Of a stretch of 43,907 bases of DNA, positions 27,525-35,680 are shown one piece after another. Within the stretch, counting starts at the first letter, position 1. Each line of letters starts with the position of its first letter. Source of the DNA: a virus; IMG/VR virus record IMGVR_UViG_3300045988_014027, positions 1 to 43,907 of that record, one strand, 5' to 3'. Made by a program: the position numbers and the translations under genes. A model generated the notes under the pieces. It was not told where the DNA came from and did not search any database. It was given only the letters and a program-made list of their open reading frames with translations.

Positions 27525-28235
27525 CTACACACCTAGTGCATAGTCTGTATATAGGGCTTTTCTAACCGTTGCTTTATCACGACCTATCTTGCCCTTAGTT
27601 CTATATTTAAGAATGATGCGATCAACTTCATCGTCCAACCTTTCAGACCACTCGTAGTTATTGAAAACGTAATCAATGATTTCGCTGAACAACTCTCTCG
27701 AAAGTAGCCCTTCCATTTGAATAGCCTTCAACGGTGTTAGGGCGGCTTTTTCCGCATAGCACAGATTGAGGGCGTTTTGGGTTCTGTTAGCATTTTTCTG
27801 GTCGCAGTCCTTAACCTCTCTAATGTAGTTGTTTAGGTTGTTAGGGTGTTCCTTGCGTAGTTCTTCCACTTCCTCCTGGAACAGTTTAAATAGCCCCTCT
27901 GGCAGTCCTGCGTTGGTTTTATCCAACACTGGGCGCGTGGTTTTACCTCTTGTGTAATTAGTGGACAGATAATCTTGAAGGTCGTCAAATAACTCATCAG
28001 AAATGATGCCTTCTAGTCTATCGACTGTCGCTGGCGATATCCTCGCACGTTCCACGACTGCACTATTAAACGCTTGATAAATGATGCGAGCTTGTACTTC
28101 ACTGCACTGTCGCACCTCTTGAAAGAACTGCTTATAAGAGCCTTTTTTGTACGTCTCTCTCAGCGCCGCATGTTCACTGACTAACCGTTGGTATAATTCC
28201 TCGGTCAGCCCGGAATATTTGTATTTCACGCTCAT
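27525..28235 (-). CDS. Hypothetical protein (236 aa) made of two tandem repeats of about 85 aa
   Basis: Repeat 1: LTEELYQRLVSEH...GIISDELFDDLQDYLSTNY. Repeat 2: LPEGLFKLFQEEV...GLLSRELFSEIIDYVFNNY. Confidence 0.7.
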   Translation of the reverse strand: MSVKYKYSGLTEELYQRLVSEHAALRETYKKGSYKQFFQEVRQCSEVQARIIYQAFNSAVVERARISPATVDRLEGIISDELFDDLQDYLSTNYTRGKTTRPVLDKTNAGLPEGLFKLFQEEVEELRKEHPNNLNNYIREVKDCDQKNANRTQNALNLCYAEKAALTPLKAIQMEGLLSRELFSEIIDYVFNNYEWSERLDDEVDRIILKYRTKGKIGRDKATVRKALYTDYALGV

Positions 28236-28612
28236 GAGCTCACCTCTGCCAGTTCCGGATTTTCGTAGATGTTGCCGATAATTTCTCTTGAATTAGCTAT
28301 GCTGCATAACCGTTCAAAATTATTGTATCTAAGCAAACTATTCGTCCACATTCCTAAGTCAATATTGAATTTGACTACACCGTTCAACAGTCCGTCTTTT
28401 GTCCCAAGAATGTCCCCTTCAAAGATTTCTTTGCCATATTTATCGGTTAGTCCAGTTGATTGCATGAGAACAAGGTCATTATTCACAATCCATTCATTTG
28501 ACTCTGAATCTTCATCAAATATCCAAATGTCTGAATCGCAAACCATTACTTCTTCTGGACTGTACATGCGGCATAGCGAGCTGCCGTCCCACGCTCTAAA
28601 TTTAGGTATCAT
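28232..28612 (-). CDS. YopX family protein
   Basis: MIPKFRAWD...LMQSTGLTDKYGKEIFEGDI...IIGNIYENPEL are hallmark YopX motifs. Confidence 0.8.
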   Translation of the reverse strand: MIPKFRAWDGSSLCRMYSPEEVMVCDSDIWIFDEDSESNEWIVNNDLVLMQSTGLTDKYGKEIFEGDILGTKDGLLNGVVKFNIDLGMWTNSLLRYNNFERLCSIANSREIIGNIYENPELAEVSS

Positions 28613-28917
28613 TGCCCTCTCCCTTTCAGATAGCTGGGAATATCGTCCCCGACTTGCACGCTATCGTACTGCTCCTTGCTTACAAGGAATTTCCCGTAAG
28701 CACCGCAATCAAGCGTATAGAGCTTTCCGACCATGGATTTTCCAGTGACCTTTCCATGCAATTCAACGGCATTATCTGCCTTATGGATAATCATTGTCTC
28801 AATAGGTCGGTTGACCACTCGCAACACTGTAGTCACGTTAATTGCCAGTGATACCAGTAGTAGAATCGTTGCTATTGTTAGCTGGTTGTCTCGTTTTCGT
28901 TTTGATAAAGTTATCAT
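28609..28917 (-). CDS. Signal-anchored small protein (102 aa)
   Basis: N-terminal KRKRDNQLTIATILLLVSLAINV transmembrane segment. ATG at 28917 has GGAG 9 nt upstream. Confidence 0.6.
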   Translation of the reverse strand: MITLSKRKRDNQLTIATILLLVSLAINVTTVLRVVNRPIETMIIHKADNAVELHGKVTGKSMVGKLYTLDCGAYGKFLVSKEQYDSVQVGDDIPSYLKGRGQ

Positions 28918-29200
28918 CAATCATTACTCCTTTTCTGTCTTTGATGTCGTTATAAGCGATTGTGAGGCACTCTTCCACGTCGTAACCGAGCTGCAAACAT
29001 AAAACTATTAGCGTCACGATAGAATCGCCTATAGCATCTTTCAATGACCATTCTGGGTCAGTAAAATTATTGGGCTTTAGAAACACGTCTCTAATCTCGC
29101 CCACCTCTTCCGTAACCTTCATCCATTCGATTTTAGGATTGCCCTTGTCTAGCCCGTGGCTAATAGCCCATTGGTTAATTTTATTGATTAGATTATTCAT
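28838..29200 (-). CDS. MazG-like nucleotide pyrophosphohydrolase
   Basis: The spacing EEVGEI...DAIGD with a helical core is typical of the MazG/NTP-PPase fold. RBS GGAGG. The 3' end overlaps the next gene by about 80 nt. Confidence 0.65.
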   Translation of the reverse strand: MNNLINKINQWAISHGLDKGNPKIEWMKVTEEVGEIRDVFLKPNNFTDPEWSLKDAIGDSIVTLIVLCLQLGYDVEECLTIAYNDIKDRKGVMIDDNFIKTKTRQPANNSNDSTTGITGN

Positions 29201-29260
29201 CAGTCACCTCCAAACAATGTGCGCCAAGCGTAAACCGCAGCTACGAACGCCAAAATGAAT

Positions 29261-29779
29261 TTAATCGTTTCCATCGTCCACCTCTTTCACTTCAACGCCT
29301 GGGCAGTCAAACACCCAGCCGAAGTCGGCTTCTTCTAGCTCTTTGCGGGTGTGGGCTACTCTTACCCCCTTCGCGCCTTTACCATCATCAAAAGTCCAGT
29401 CTTTAAAAGATGTACCATAGTTCAAAAACTTGTAATTGTCGTCAATCCCTTTAAACTCAACTATATATTTAGGTTCTTTCTCGACCTCGTAGCCTAAAGT
29501 CCAAGCGAGGGCGAAAGTTTCTTGGTTTGTCTCTGTTCCTAGAAATTCTTTTAGTTTTGAACAATCTTCTTGACTTTCATAATTGTAAAAATCTATATCA
29601 CTAATAAATAAAGCCCGCCCCAGATTAACGTTAGTAAATTTACAATACTTAATCCAATCTGCCACAAACTGCGGAATTACTGGTTTAGGGAAGAACGAAT
29701 CATATAAGTCTTCTGCATGGGCTATTGAAAGGCGTCCTGCTGTTGCTAGTTTCTGTACTGCTTCATCTTTATTCATCAT
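29261..29779 (-). CDS. DUF1642-like phage protein
   Basis: ORF track 29261..29812. The ATG at 29779 (MMNKDEAV) has GGAGG 9 nt upstream. The sequence resembles the DUF1642 family common in streptococcal phages. Confidence 0.6.
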   Translation of the reverse strand: MMNKDEAVQKLATAGRLSIAHAEDLYDSFFPKPVIPQFVADWIKYCKFTNVNLGRALFISDIDFYNYESQEDCSKLKEFLGTETNQETFALAWTLGYEVEKEPKYIVEFKGIDDNYKFLNYGTSFKDWTFDDGKGAKGVRVAHTRKELEEADFGWVFDCPGVEVKEVDDGND

Positions 29780-29930
29780 CGTCAATTTCCTCCATCCAAA
29801 CAGTGACATCACCCACTGCTAAACTCAAACGCTTCAATATCTCAATGCGTTCCAGTGCTTTCTCCCTGTCAGTGAAATAGCACTCTTTCACATCATCCAT
29901 ATTTCTCGCCACTCTTACTATCCACCGCAT
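29769..29930 (-). CDS. Small hypothetical protein (53 aa)
   Basis: Hand-translated as MRWIVRVARNMDDVKECYFTDREKALERIEILKRL... GGAG lies 8 nt upstream. Overlaps both neighbouring genes. Confidence 0.35.
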   Translation of the reverse strand: MRWIVRVARNMDDVKECYFTDREKALERIEILKRLSLAVGDVTVWMEEIDDDE

Positions 29931-30076
29931 TCAACTAACTCCACTGTATACTTCTTCGAATTACGATATTTAACACCTCTTAGGCGGTGCAATTCATTGA
30001 TAGCGTCGTTCTTATCGTTGAATACATGGACACTGTCTTCCATGTTGTCGTAATACACTACTACCGCATATTTCAT
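29918..30076 (-). CDS. Small hypothetical protein (52 aa)
   Basis: Hand-translated as MKYAVVVYYDNMEDSVHVFNDKNDAINELHRLRG... Its ATG overlaps the upstream stop as ATGA. Confidence 0.4.
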   Translation of the reverse strand: MKYAVVVYYDNMEDSVHVFNDKNDAINELHRLRGVKYRNSKKYTVELVECGG

Positions 30077-30243
30077 AACTTAACTAATCTCCTTCCGTTC
30101 TCGCTGGTTCTTCTAGCATATACTGGTGTACCATAGTGACTGATTGAGTTAACTGACACACCTAGTTGTTCAGCTATCTCACGTTTGGTGCCCATAGCCA
30201 GTAATTCATCGCCCTTGTATAAGGCATATTCCTTTACTTGCAT
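30073..30243 (-). CDS. Small HTH protein (56 aa)
   Basis: Hand-translated as MQVKEYALYKGDELLAMGTKREIAEQLGVSVNSISHYG..., an HTH-like pattern. Start and stop overlap the neighbouring genes. Confidence 0.5.
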   Translation of the reverse strand: MQVKEYALYKGDELLAMGTKREIAEQLGVSVNSISHYGTPVYARRTSENGRRLVKL

Positions 30244-30476
30244 AGCTCTACCATCCTTGCTAATAGTTCATTGTCTGGTAACTGCTCCAGCGTCAGAATG
30301 CGATTGAGTTTCTTATTCCCAATTCCTAATTTCATTGCCACTGCACCTTTCTTTTGATGTGTGGTATAAAACCAGTGACTAAAACACTCTACACGTTCTA
30401 ACACTGTTACCTGTTTTTCGTATGGCCTTGGTGCATATTTAATGCCAGCCATGCGATCATTCCACCGTTTTACCAT
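30234..30476 (-). CDS. Hypothetical protein (80 aa)
   Basis: ORF-track entry. First gene after the origin-like region. Confidence 0.55.
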   Translation of the reverse strand: MVKRWNDRMAGIKYAPRPYEKQVTVLERVECFSHWFYTTHQKKGAVAMKLGIGNKKLNRILTLEQLPDNELLARMVELCK

Positions 30477-30479
30477 TTT

Positions 30480-30820
30480 CTTTTGTCCTAGTTTTTTTAT
30501 TAATTTTTTTTGAATATTATTCTGTGGTTACCGAGTTACCGTATTTTTCCAAAAACTTGTTAAAAAATGTTCTTTCCTTTCTTTATTTTCACTACAAACC
30601 CTATAACTATAGTATTTCATACTATAGTTATATATATATATATACTTTTATTATTATTTATAGTAACTAGGTAACCTATATAGTATAAAACCAACAGCCA
30701 CAAGGGATTAAGTAGGTTACCGTATTTTTTTTTTACGGTAACCTACAGTCACCTTTGGGGTAAAAGTTACCGTACGACCTAACCGGTTACTACATTTTGG
30801 TAACCTTTCATTCTGCTTTT
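30480..30820. promoter_or_regulatory. Candidate origin of replication: GGTTACC/GTTACCGTA iterons, two perfect palindromes, (TA)n tract
   Basis: GGTTACC or its complement occurs at 30526, 30670, 30715, 30737 and 30799, with a six-base GGTTAC copy at 30785. GTTACCGTA occurs at 30535, 30716 and 30766. A 14-bp palindrome spans 30602-30615 and 30619-30632. A 13-bp palindrome gtaggttaccgta-T9-tacggtaacctac spans 30712-30746. A TA run lies at about 30629-30645. Confidence 0.6.
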
Positions 30821-32161
30821 TTATTCAGAATAATCTTCATTACGGATATAACCCTTAAAGGTTTTTCCGTTTCGTTTGAAGGGGCGTTTCTCCCACTCTG
30901 GCAACCCGTCGACAATAATGCTGATTTTACGAGATAGTTTTCTGTCGCTTGAATTTCTCATGAATAGGTTATACATGATTTCACGAGTTGATACCTTAGA
31001 CATTTTGCTATCACCTTTTTCCATTTCGGGATCATTATCGAAATAACGTTGCGTGTACTGATGTTGTTTTTGAATAGACCATAAATTCCATTCTTTAGGC
31101 ACGGGCATGTCCAAGTAATCGATAACTTGTATCTCTACTTCGTCTCGAAACATGAACCGCTCTCGATATTTGTTAAGTTCTTCTTCAGTAGCATCACCAA
31201 ACATGAGCGGATGACCGTTTTTGTATAGCGTGACAGCCTCACCCCAGATTTGCTTGATAACTTCTTCTTGCATCTCCATCGGGTGTTTGATCTGTTTATC
31301 TTTGTTGACTAGGATAGGAAGGAAACGCCTTTCACCGGTTTTATCTTTCAGATATTCACGTTGATTCGTAGTTCTTGCGAGGACAAAATTCTTTGCAAAT
31401 TCTTCAGTCCGTCGCATATATGGTTTACGAAATCTAAGACTTGTCTTTGAGATAAAAGCTTTTGTCTCAGCGAACGACATACGCTCACTAGCCACCATCT
31501 CATCATCGTTGACAATAAGAGCTTTCAACATAATGTCGTAATTATCCTTGTTAGAAAAGTCAGTGACGGCATCGGTATACCATTTACCACCTATTTTTTG
31601 AAGAAAGGAGGTTTTACCGACACCTTGCCCACCAACCAAATCAAGAACATAGTCGACTTTTGCATAAGGATCATAAACTTTGGCTACTGCACACACCAGC
31701 CACATCTTAGCGATTTTGGAGGTGATAGGTGTATCTTCAGCACCGAGATAGACTTGTAGGATGCGACTGACACGTTCTCTACCGTCCCATTCTTCAGCAG
31801 CTTTTTCCATATAGTCTTTAACCGGATTGTAGAACCGTTCCGAGAAGAATGTTTCCATACCATCAAGCATGGCTTGACCAGAAAAGGCAACACCCAAAAC
31901 ATCTTCAAAATAGACTTTAACAACAGAATCAAAGTTAGAGGGTAATTCACCTTTTTTTAAGAAGGTGTTACCGATTTTAATATCCTTTGTAATCTCGTGT
32001 TCTTGCGAGAACTCGTTGTGTTTTAGATAAATACTTAGCTGGTCATCCGATTTAAAAGCTTTCAGGACGTTGCTTGGACTATTAGATTTGATATTACCGT
32101 CCTTGTTTAGCGTCATTTTTGCATTCGTATCTATACTTATTACATTGCCGATTGTTATCAC
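30821..32161 (-). CDS. VirE-like / primase-associated P-loop NTPase
   Basis: 446 aa. Walker A GGQGVGKTSF. Located downstream of Prim-Pol, as in Sfi11-type replication modules. GTG start overlaps the upstream stop as GTGA. Confidence 0.75.
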   Translation of the reverse strand: MITIGNVISIDTNAKMTLNKDGNIKSNSPSNVLKAFKSDDQLSIYLKHNEFSQEHEITKDIKIGNTFLKKGELPSNFDSVVKVYFEDVLGVAFSGQAMLDGMETFFSERFYNPVKDYMEKAAEEWDGRERVSRILQVYLGAEDTPITSKIAKMWLVCAVAKVYDPYAKVDYVLDLVGGQGVGKTSFLQKIGGKWYTDAVTDFSNKDNYDIMLKALIVNDDEMVASERMSFAETKAFISKTSLRFRKPYMRRTEEFAKNFVLARTTNQREYLKDKTGERRFLPILVNKDKQIKHPMEMQEEVIKQIWGEAVTLYKNGHPLMFGDATEEELNKYRERFMFRDEVEIQVIDYLDMPVPKEWNLWSIQKQHQYTQRYFDNDPEMEKGDSKMSKVSTREIMYNLFMRNSSDRKLSRKISIIVDGLPEWEKRPFKRNGKTFKGYIRNEDYSE

Positions 32162-32979
32162 CTCCTGTCTTTTTTGATCATACTTTCAACTGTTCTATCA
32201 ACTTCTCTAGTGCTTAGAGGGTTTGGGCTGTTGTTATTAGCAATATGGGCTAGTTGAAGAACGAGTTCATCATCGACTGCCCTAATGAGCAAACCTCCGA
32301 CAAAACTAGCTAATTTGTCATTCCGTCCACCTTCGTCACCAAAGCCAACTACTATAGTTTCGAACAGGTCTGTAGTATTAGTTCTCTCACGAGTGTATGT
32401 TCTGTTCTTGAGAGCCCTTAAGCCGTCAGCACCATCACCTCTAAAGCCGTTGGTAAGCTGGTATTGTCTTTTAATAACTTGGATAAGTTCTTTCGATGGC
32501 GTTACCATCGTGAGACCTTCTTTTGATTTTTCTAGGTCCCACTCGTAAATACCTTTGTCTGTCGCTGATGGTGCTACGAGAACATAGTTGTTTTCATGAG
32601 CTTTGATATCAACGCCAGGGAGAAAGCCAATCATTTGAGAAATCGGGGCATCATCCCGTTTAAAGTAGAATAGATGTTTACCACCACTTGCAGTTTTGGC
32701 TTGTAAGGTAGGCTCTATTAGATTCAAATAAGGCCATTTTTTTAAAGAATCGAAGCCATTACTCTTACCGTGCTTGTCAATATCAACGACAAAGAAACTA
32801 GTTGTCCTTAGTGCAATATTTGCGTTCGGGAAACCGTCCCAGAAATTGCTGATGTCTTCTTCAGTCATCGCTGGTTTGTCAGCGAAGTCGATTAGAGGAC
32901 GTTTGTTTTTTGGGTGAATCGGGATGACTGAGAAACCCATTTTTTGATATTTCAAAGCGTAGTCTTTCATGCTAGCCAT
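32158..32979 (-). CDS. Bifunctional DNA primase/polymerase (Prim-Pol N-terminal domain)
   Basis: GFSVIPIHPKNKRP and FFVVDIDKHG are typical Prim-Pol motifs. ATG at 32979 has GAGGAG 8 nt upstream. Confidence 0.8.
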   Translation of the reverse strand: MASMKDYALKYQKMGFSVIPIHPKNKRPLIDFADKPAMTEEDISNFWDGFPNANIALRTTSFFVVDIDKHGKSNGFDSLKKWPYLNLIEPTLQAKTASGGKHLFYFKRDDAPISQMIGFLPGVDIKAHENNYVLVAPSATDKGIYEWDLEKSKEGLTMVTPSKELIQVIKRQYQLTNGFRGDGADGLRALKNRTYTRERTNTTDLFETIVVGFGDEGGRNDKLASFVGGLLIRAVDDELVLQLAHIANNNSPNPLSTREVDRTVESMIKKDRR

Positions 32980-33151
32980 CACATTCACTCCTCTTGACAG
33001 ACATAGACCAACTCTTGAGCAAAAAAGTCGTTGTAGTATTCTGCTTCCGTCATTTTTAAATATTTGAGCATTTCGCTAAACGCTTTATCGTACGTATCGA
33101 ACGGGCCAATATCTGAAGCAGTAGTATCTACTACCCAGAAATGCCCGTGTT

Positions 33152-33667
33152 TTAGAAAGGGAGGTCTTCGTCCGAGATATCCATTGGGTTACTGTTTCCA
33201 AAAGGTTGCGAAACATCTTCCTCAAGGTCGTAGTTTCGATAAACTTTATCACTTTTACCTTGCGTTTCTGTGATCACAAGGTTGTAGTAAGATCCGACTG
33301 CTTTACGTTGGAGCGACTCTTCCAAATCTTTCCCGTCTTGTTCAGTTCCTTGCATGTTGTCTCCTGCAAGGACAAGAGCCTTGATGAAGAATTTCATAGT
33401 GCGTTCAACAGACCATTTAATGTCTTTTCCTTTCCATTCAGACAATGTCCCGAAACTTGCGTATTCAGTGCGTCCGTCATAATCACCGCCACGGATTTCA
33501 AACTGGTAAGAGATGCTTTCCCATCCGCTTTCGGATACGTTGAATTTAGCGTCTTTCAAAACTACCGGATAAGTGCCCGCTGGAATTGGTGCTGGTCCGT
33601 TTGCACTATCTTTACGTGGGTCGAAACCTTCTTTTTTAATTGATTTTGCGATATCTAGTAAACTCAT
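33152..33667 (-). CDS. DUF669-like protein (possible ssDNA-binding role)
   Basis: 171 aa between the AAA ATPase and Prim-Pol, as in Sfi11-like modules. IPAGTYPVVLKDAKF resembles DUF669. Confidence 0.6.
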   Translation of the reverse strand: MSLLDIAKSIKKEGFDPRKDSANGPAPIPAGTYPVVLKDAKFNVSESGWESISYQFEIRGGDYDGRTEYASFGTLSEWKGKDIKWSVERTMKFFIKALVLAGDNMQGTEQDGKDLEESLQRKAVGSYYNLVITETQGKSDKVYRNYDLEEDVSQPFGNSNPMDISDEDLPF

Positions 33668-33700
33668 TTGTTATTCTCCTTTTTCTGTGTATTTCTTGTT

Positions 33701-34510
33701 TTAAAATAGATCTGCATCGTTAGTAGCATTGACTTGTTTCTGTGCTACTTGTTTAGGTTGCGTGTTTTCTTGTTTATTTTTTGTTTTTTGCTGTCTAGGA
33801 GGCTCAACAGCACCTCGAATGGTTGCTAAAATCTTAAGGATAGCTTTGTCGTCAACTTGGTCGGCATAGTAAGTTTTGCGTTTTCGATCGACACTGCGAT
33901 TATAGTTATTCCCGATTTTTTCAGTGTGGATCATCAAGTCCGAGTTACCATTGATTAGATTGACATATTTATCTTTAAGACTTGGTTTATCCTTAGTAGC
34001 ATTTCCCTTGTCGTCGTATTCTGAAACTTGACGGCTAATGTAAATCACATTCATAGGTAGAGCTTTTAAATCAATAACTAACTCTGTGATAGCTTGGTTA
34101 AAGAAATCATAACCTTTCCCGTAAGGAATTTCAGACAGTGATTTTAAACGAGGGTTACCTTTTGGCGTAAGCTCGTCACAAACCGCAATCTTAATCATTT
34201 CAATAACATCATCGATAACATCGATAACTACTGTTTCGTAAGTGTGTTTTTGCGTTTGAAGTGCAAGTAAGACTTCTCCTAACTGCTTGATCACTGAGTT
34301 AGTGATTCGTCCGCTAGGATCCTTGGCGTTGACTAGTTGAATGCTAGGCACGCTATTAGCTTCAGCATTCCCGTCGGTATTCAAAACGATAGGATTGGGA
34401 AATTCGTTAGCTAGATAAGACTTACCGCTCATGGTTTCCCCGTAAATAAAGTAGTTGCGAGGCGTATCTTTCGGGCTACGTGGTTTATTTTCTGGTAAAG
34501 TAAAACTCAT
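33701..34510 (-). CDS. AAA_24-type (RecA-like) ATPase
   Basis: Walker A YGETMSGKSY. Walker B-like VVIDVIDD. Its ATG overlaps the helicase stop. Confidence 0.75.
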   Translation of the reverse strand: MSFTLPENKPRSPKDTPRNYFIYGETMSGKSYLANEFPNPIVLNTDGNAEANSVPSIQLVNAKDPSGRITNSVIKQLGEVLLALQTQKHTYETVVIDVIDDVIEMIKIAVCDELTPKGNPRLKSLSEIPYGKGYDFFNQAITELVIDLKALPMNVIYISRQVSEYDDKGNATKDKPSLKDKYVNLINGNSDLMIHTEKIGNNYNRSVDRKRKTYYADQVDDKAILKILATIRGAVEPPRQQKTKNKQENTQPKQVAQKQVNATNDADLF

Positions 34511-35643
34511 TTTTTCTCCTTGTAATAAAATTCGATAACATTCACATCATGTTGTTGTCTGCTTCCAGTGATCCGCCAAAGGAGTTGCCGGTAATCGTCA
34601 TACTCTCCAGATTCTTCATCGACTGGATCAAGAATAACAATCGTGTGGTATTTGTGTTGCAAGCCGTCCACTCCTACACCTAGGACTTGGCTAGTGGCTA
34701 CAACTACTTTTTTATCAAGCCCTTCTTGGACATCTCCTGTCCAGATACCAATATCTGGATGTCTCTCGTGAATGATGTTTACAACCTGCTTAGACTTGCT
34801 AATGATTAACATGTCGTGAGGGGCCCTCTCAATCAAACCGTCAATGGTGAGCATAAGAGGGGTGTCTTTGTTAACTGCTTTTAGTTTTGGAAAGTCGATA
34901 TCGACGCCAGTTTGGATAAGATAACGCTCAAACGTTTTGCGGCCAAATGATTGCTTGGCCATTGCGTATTTACCATTAGCTTCGACAATGTTATTTTCTT
35001 TAAAGAAAGCTAACTTTTCTGGATTTCCTGCGTGAATGGTGTTTTTAAAAAACTTGATTTCGAAACCGTTATTTTCTTTGGCATTTTCGATTTCTTCGAT
35101 TTCTTCCCATCTAAAAAAGTTTGGAAGGTGACTAACGTAACTTTCGTAATCTCTAAAATCTTCCCATTTCTCCTTCGAATACGAGAATCTATCGTATACC
35201 ATCTTGCCGTGTTGTTTTTGCCAGTCAAATTTTCGGTTAGGTTCTGCATATCCGAAGATAGTTTTTTCTAGCGGATAGAAGTTTTGACCTTTTTTTCGAA
35301 TTGGTGTGGCAGACAATCCTATGGTGTATTTGCGTTTTATTTTGCGATATAAGGCTACTTGCTTATCTGAAGACATATTCTGCCATTCGTCAATGATAAG
35401 TAGGTCACAATCCAAACTAGAGCCTTTTTTGAGCGTGTTTTGTAACTTTCTGTCCGTCTGGATGATGAAAGTTACATCATCATCAAAACCAAACGCTTTA
35501 ATAGATTCTTCCCATCCTTTGAGGATAGAAAGACGATTGTTTAGAATCGCAATCTTTTTAGCATTTTTATGTTTAGCGATAGCTAGTGCACAGAATGTTT
35601 TACCACGACCGCCCAAGGCCTCTAGGAATATCCCAGGTTCAAT
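34507..35643 (-). CDS. DEAD/SNF2-like helicase, start codon uncertain
   Basis: Motif I GGRGKT, motif II LLIIDEWQ. The only canonical start (TTG at 35616) sits directly on motif I and lacks an RBS. An in-frame ATT at 35643 has AAAGGAG 7 nt upstream. Confidence 0.7.
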   Translation of the reverse strand: MEPGIFLEALGGRGKTFCALAIAKHKNAKKIAILNNRLSILKGWEESIKAFGFDDDVTFIIQTDRKLQNTLKKGSSLDCDLLIIDEWQNMSSDKQVALYRKIKRKYTIGLSATPIRKKGQNFYPLEKTIFGYAEPNRKFDWQKQHGKMVYDRFSYSKEKWEDFRDYESYVSHLPNFFRWEEIEEIENAKENNGFEIKFFKNTIHAGNPEKLAFFKENNIVEANGKYAMAKQSFGRKTFERYLIQTGVDIDFPKLKAVNKDTPLMLTIDGLIERAPHDMLIISKSKQVVNIIHERHPDIGIWTGDVQEGLDKKVVVATSQVLGVGVDGLQHKYHTIVILDPVDEESGEYDDYRQLLWRITGSRQQHDVNVIEFYYKEKK

Positions 35644-35680
35644 CCTGTCACTCCTTTTGACTGCTTCTGATTGCCATTTT

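Noticed and set aside
27481-27530. Possible tRNA gene on the minus strand (GGGTTCGACTCCC T-arm plus a 7-bp acceptor-like stem)
   Set aside because: Only 9 nt separate the 5' acceptor strand from the T-arm, so there is no D-arm or anticodon arm. No complementary 5' acceptor strand lies about 65 nt upstream. It is a fragment or mimic, not a tRNA gene.
30629-30645. (TA)n microsatellite considered as a CRISPR-like or phase-variable repeat
   Set aside because: It is a single short dinucleotide run inside the origin-like region. It has no spacer-repeat periodicity and is not within or directly upstream of a coding start. It is best read as an unwinding element.
32989-33151. Possible small gene in the 163-nt gap between the DUF669-like and Prim-Pol genes (frame ...HGHFWVVDTTASDIGPFDTYDKAFSEMLKYLKMTEAEYYNDFFAQELVYVCQEE)
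   Set aside because: The frame is open for more than 60 codons, but its only canonical starts (ATG at 33071 and 33053) have no RBS and give peptides of 22-28 aa. This is not enough support to call a CDS. It could be real with a non-canonical start.
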